DNA from: an uncultured delta proteobacterium
GTDB taxonomy: Bacteria > Desulfobacterota > Syntrophia > Syntrophales > Smithellaceae
Assembly (NCBI GenBank): GCA_963811325.1
Contig: CAWEQT010000001.1
Coordinates: 2,410,497-2,474,496 of the forward strand
Length of the DNA: 64,000 bases
Direction: 5' to 3'
Of the stretch, positions 61,111 through 64,000 are shown in pieces (position 1 is the first letter of the stretch; every line of letters starts with the position of its first letter). Made by a program: the position numbers and the translations under genes. A model generated the notes under the pieces. It saw nothing but the letters and a program-made list of their open reading frames with translations, was not told where the DNA came from and ran no database searches.

Positions 61111-62811
61111 TCAAACCTCCTTTCTCAGAACCTTCTTGTCAATCTTACCTACATTGGTGAGGGGAAGTTCTTTTCTGATCTCCAGACTTTTAGGTACCTC
61201 ATAAGGTGCCAGTTTCTCCTTGGCAAAATCAATGATGGCCTTTTTCAGGACTTCCATATCCCCTGTAACAGGGTAGCCGGGATTTAGGATCACATAGGCC
61301 TTCACGAGCTCCGAACCGGACCGCTCGGGATTGTTGCTTCCAATGATGGCAGATATATTGACTGCCGGGTGTCGATTCAAAACATCTTCCACTTTTCGGG
61401 AAAACACTTTGAACCCACCGATGTTAATCATGTCTTTTGTGCGATCCACGAGGCGCAGGTATCCGTCTTCATCTTGAATGGCCACGTCACCAGTGTGCAT
61501 ATACCCATCTGCATCAATGGCTTGTCTGGTCTCTTCGGACCTGTTGAAATAACCCACCATTACATGAGGTCCCTTGATGCAGATCTCTCCCGGTTGCCCC
61601 ACTTCGACTTCTTTTCCAGTTGTCGGTTCAATGAGCCGTACGTCTGTATTCAGAAGCGGCAATCCGATGGTGCCGGTCTTTCGCGGCCCTTTCATGGGAT
61701 TGAAAATCGTTAAAGGTGATGTCTCGGTCATACCGTAACCTTCCAGGATTTTCCCGGTTCCTACGATGGCCTCGAATTCCCGTTGCGCCTCTTCCGGATA
61801 TGGAGCGGCAGCTGAGACACAGACTTCCAATTTTGAATGGTCCAGCGTCTTGAACCTGGGATTCGCCGCAAGCAGCATATAAAATGGCGGGACATTTGCC
61901 ATCATTGCAGGTTTGTACCTGTATAATTCTTTACAGATATGATCCGTATCCCGCGGGTTCGGAATCAGAATCTGGGTCCAGCCCAAAAAAATGAAATTAG
62001 CATTGGTGAACACGCCGGCGATATGGAAAAAAGGAAAGCCTGTAAGTCCGACACCTTTGCCCTCCTCCAAGCCAAGCCATGCCTGGAAGATCAGGAGGTC
62101 GGCAACGGCATTTCGATGGCTTAGCATTGCGCCCTTTGGTACCCCGGTAGTGCCACCTGTATACTGAAGATAAGCGATATCATCGGGAGTGAGACCCACT
62201 TTCGGATATTCAGTGGAAAAAAGCCCGGGCTCAATCACCTTATTAAAGAGGTAGACGGTTTTGCCGTCCAAAGGGGTTACTTTCCCCTTGGGGATCTTGC
62301 CCAGCAGTTTACCGAGAATCCTCTTAATTCCCGGAAGAAATCCGCCTACGCTGGTAACGATGACAGCCTTTAGATTAGGCAGGCGCGAGGCAACGGGCGC
62401 AAGCTTTGCTTCAAACAAAGCATCGAGGGTTACCAGCACTTTGGCTTGAGAGTCTTTAAGCTGGTATTCCAGTTCCTCAGATGAAAGGAGCGGCGAAACG
62501 CCGGAAACAACACAGCCCGCCCGCAATGTTCCCAACCATGCGATAACATATTCCGGGATATTGGGGAGATTGATTCCTACGACGGCCCCTTTTTTCAATC
62601 CGAGAGACAAGAGCATATTGGCGAATTGGTTTGCGTATCGATCCAACTGGGCATAGGTGATGTGGACTCCCATGAAGGCCAGGGCTATTTTGTCCGGATA
62701 GTTGAGAAATATGCACCGGCATATCTCCGGACAGGTGTTTTCCCAATTGGCAGGATTGATATCCCTAAGGTTTGAATCATATGATTTTTTCCAGAATAAA
62801 TCTCCTCCCAT
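61111..62811 (-). CDS. Long-chain fatty acid-CoA ligase (FadD-like)
   Basis: QYTGGTTGVPKG, EGYGMTE, HTGD, VGKIDK. Confidence 0.9.
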   Translation of the reverse strand: MGGDLFWKKSYDSNLRDINPANWENTCPEICRCIFLNYPDKIALAFMGVHITYAQLDRYANQFANMLLSLGLKKGAVVGINLPNIPEYVIAWLGTLRAGCVVSGVSPLLSSEELEYQLKDSQAKVLVTLDALFEAKLAPVASRLPNLKAVIVTSVGGFLPGIKRILGKLLGKIPKGKVTPLDGKTVYLFNKVIEPGLFSTEYPKVGLTPDDIAYLQYTGGTTGVPKGAMLSHRNAVADLLIFQAWLGLEEGKGVGLTGFPFFHIAGVFTNANFIFLGWTQILIPNPRDTDHICKELYRYKPAMMANVPPFYMLLAANPRFKTLDHSKLEVCVSAAAPYPEEAQREFEAIVGTGKILEGYGMTETSPLTIFNPMKGPRKTGTIGLPLLNTDVRLIEPTTGKEVEVGQPGEICIKGPHVMVGYFNRSEETRQAIDADGYMHTGDVAIQDEDGYLRLVDRTKDMINIGGFKVFSRKVEDVLNRHPAVNISAIIGSNNPERSGSELVKAYVILNPGYPVTGDMEVLKKAIIDFAKEKLAPYEVPKSLEIRKELPLTNVGKIDKKVLRKEV

Positions 62812-62852
62812 AATGCCTCCTCCTCATTATAAGGATAGGTACCAGGGGTACC

Positions 62853-63524
62853 TTATTTCAGAACAAGTGCATCGATAAGAAGCGTTTCTGCAATACGCAG
62901 CGTGGATTTTAAATATTTGTTGGATTGTGATTGTTTTGTGGATTTCATATCCATCACCTGAGTGAGGCCGAGAAAGAGCGCCCAGATAATGTCGGAAAGG
63001 GCATAGCTGTCAATATTCTTAATCAGCCCTTGTGCTTTTGCTGATTCAAACACCTCTCTTGCCAGTTCGAAGTCGTATTTACCTTTACGGCTGATGACCG
63101 AACGGGTTTCGGGGCTGAGCTCATTGATAAGATCCTGCTGCTGGAAAAAGATGTTGGCGACCCGGAGAGAGTCCGGCGCCTTTTCATAACTGCGGACAAA
63201 TATTTTAATTAAGTCTTTCACCAGATCATTGCCGGACACATATTTTTTGTTGACTAGTTTTTTTTCTATCCGTCCCATCTGAGCGCCGAATTCTTCCAGA
63301 AACGGCAGCATGAGCGAAGAGTAGAGCTCTTCCTTTGCGTTGAAGTACTGATAAATGGTCGGTTTGCTGATCTGGGCTTCGAAGGCGATCTCGTCCATCG
63401 TTGTCTTCAGATAGCCCTTAGAAAAAAAGACTTTCTTGGCCGCCTCCAGAATGCTCTGAATGCGCTGATCCTTCTCCCTCGATTTTCTTTCGCGTATGAC
63501 TTGCTGGTGCTTTAACATAATCAC
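62853..63524 (-). CDS. TetR/AcrR-family regulator
   Basis: ILEAAKKVFFSKGY...TIYQYFNAKEEL. Confidence 0.9.
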   Translation of the reverse strand: MIMLKHQQVIRERKSREKDQRIQSILEAAKKVFFSKGYLKTTMDEIAFEAQISKPTIYQYFNAKEELYSSLMLPFLEEFGAQMGRIEKKLVNKKYVSGNDLVKDLIKIFVRSYEKAPDSLRVANIFFQQQDLINELSPETRSVISRKGKYDFELAREVFESAKAQGLIKNIDSYALSDIIWALFLGLTQVMDMKSTKQSQSNKYLKSTLRIAETLLIDALVLK

Positions 63525-63832
63525 CCTTTATTGTGCGGAAAATATTGTATAAAACTGAACGTAAAATTTAATACTATGGGTAATTCTTATACCATTGGTA
63601 AAAAAATAGTCAAGAGAAAGGTGTTTTTTATTGACAAAATATTTAACTGGTGTTTAAAATATACTAATAGTAGCATATTTAACTCTTGGTTAATCCGGTT
63701 CGTCTGAAATAACATCAGGCGGGTATGACGGCAAGAGGAGTTTGTGTGACGATCGTTCCATAACAGGAACGAAACATCACAATGACAAATTATTAATGAC
63801 AGGTGATGCGCAAATACGCACAGGAGGTGTCT

Positions 63833-64000
63833 ATGGATTTTTCCCTCTCGCAAGAGCAACGCATGTTCAGGGAAACCGTGTACCGCTATGGCAGAGATGA
63901 GATTGCGCCTCTCTGCGAAGATGCGGATCTCAAAGGTGAGTTCAGCTTTGAGATCTGGCGAAAGCTTGCTTCCTTCGGGATACTGGGTTTGCCCTTACCA
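63833..64000 (+). CDS. Acyl-CoA dehydrogenase, N-terminus (runs off the right edge)
   Basis: AGGAGG RBS; MDFSLSQEQRMFRETVYRYGRDEIAP...IWRKLASFGILGLPLP. Confidence 0.85.
   Translation, partial: MDFSLSQEQRMFRETVYRYGRDEIAPLCEDADLKGEFSFEIWRKLASFGILGLPLP

Noticed and set aside
538-63859. Many short ORFs in the supplied track that overlap called genes or repeats (e.g. 538-795, 11195-11833, 26107-26808, 43684-44109)
   Set aside because: Shadow or antisense frames of well-supported genes or of non-coding repeats, with no recognisable motifs.

Overview
The window looks like an anaerobic deltaproteobacterial chromosome, probably Syntrophales/Smithella-like (inferred from gene content only). Bases 1-15.2 kb are core genome: the 5' part of polA, a sirohaem-dependent (Ahb) haem biosynthesis operon with an apparent AhbD-AhbA fusion, a PPi-type pfk, prmA, rsmE, an RDD protein and tRNA-Phe(GAA). 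From tRNA-Phe to the end of the window is an accessory region of at least 48 kb. It holds an IS3-disrupted tyrosine integrase, three IS110-family transposase types (one in two copies), a large serine recombinase remnant, and many acyl-CoA/fatty-acid and redox genes. The main observation is that this region is divided into gene modules by a dispersed, co-oriented ~62-bp site: CTTCCTGTAA, a variable core that is usually 34 bp, then TTTCAATCCGTAAT. I count 10 uninterrupted copies (8 with 34-bp cores), 3 IS-interrupted copies and several half or split copies. Two different IS1111-like elements have inserted into these sites, and one carries a readable RNA guide loop matching its target. One module is duplicated with breakpoints at site sequences. 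This suggests an integron-like cassette array that uses neither attC nor dif sites. No intact candidate recombinase for it is present in the window. All calls are by eye; no database searches were run.
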